From contig OZ024740.1 in assembly GCA_964016885.1 (NCBI GenBank), positions 31,496,001-31,560,000 of the forward strand: a stretch of 64,000 bases of DNA, read 5' to 3'. The position numbers were made by a program, and so were the translations under genes. This document shows positions 63,711-64,000 of the stretch, one piece after another; position 1 is the first letter of the stretch; each line of letters begins with the position of its first letter. This stretch comes from Eledone cirrhosa. Lineage: Eukaryota. The notes under the pieces are model-generated. The model was not told the origin of the DNA, ran no database searches, and was given only the letters and a program-made list of their open reading frames with translations.

Positions 63711-64000
63711 TCTACTATATAAATAGCATTTCTGTCTGTCTGTGTATCTGTGTATAACCAATTGGCACCTACACCAGTGATCCGATCCTGATGAAACTTT
63801 ACACACATGTTAAGCTAATATTCACAAACAGAACTGGCTAATTGGATTCAATAAAAATCAATAATGGAACCCCTGGGGACATCTTTACAATGGAGAAAGA
63901 AAGAGATGACATTTCAGTGAGAGAGGGGGAAGAGGCGATACTACTGTATGTTAAACCCTCCCTACCACTACTCCCCTTCCATCTCCCACAACTCAGTCCT

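Overview
Eukaryotic, AT-rich, repeat-dense animal DNA. The SINE/RTE repertoire and microsatellites look like an octopus or other coleoid cephalopod (inference). The backbone is the internal part of a + strand multi-exon gene. I assembled 15 exons (6541-61912) with consistent splice phases; they encode armadillo-like repeats and then ankyrin-like repeats that align by eye with the N-terminal half of LRRK2. One expected phase 1->0 exon is missing, probably in the 200-N gap at 49607-49806, and one intron needs a GC donor. The dominant structure is a ~22-kb tandem array of a 48-bp unit (27107-49117, ~458 copies) in one intron. The array is the expanded 3' UTR of an RTE-clade LINE: it runs directly into the RTE tail, other RTE copies in the window carry only 2-3 such units, and a second, independent expansion (46/48-bp units) sits at 673-1492. 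The array shows a two-site variant pattern and higher-order duplications (480 bp, 4272 bp, ~12 kb). Its very long ORFs are most likely by-products of the repeat. The introns also hold a young RTE copy with a PHD-like finger, a non-coding LTR element, Penelope, R4-, HERO-, CRE- and CR1-like fragments, a mariner relic, piggyBac-like MITEs, Helitron-like ends, many SINEs and long hairpins.
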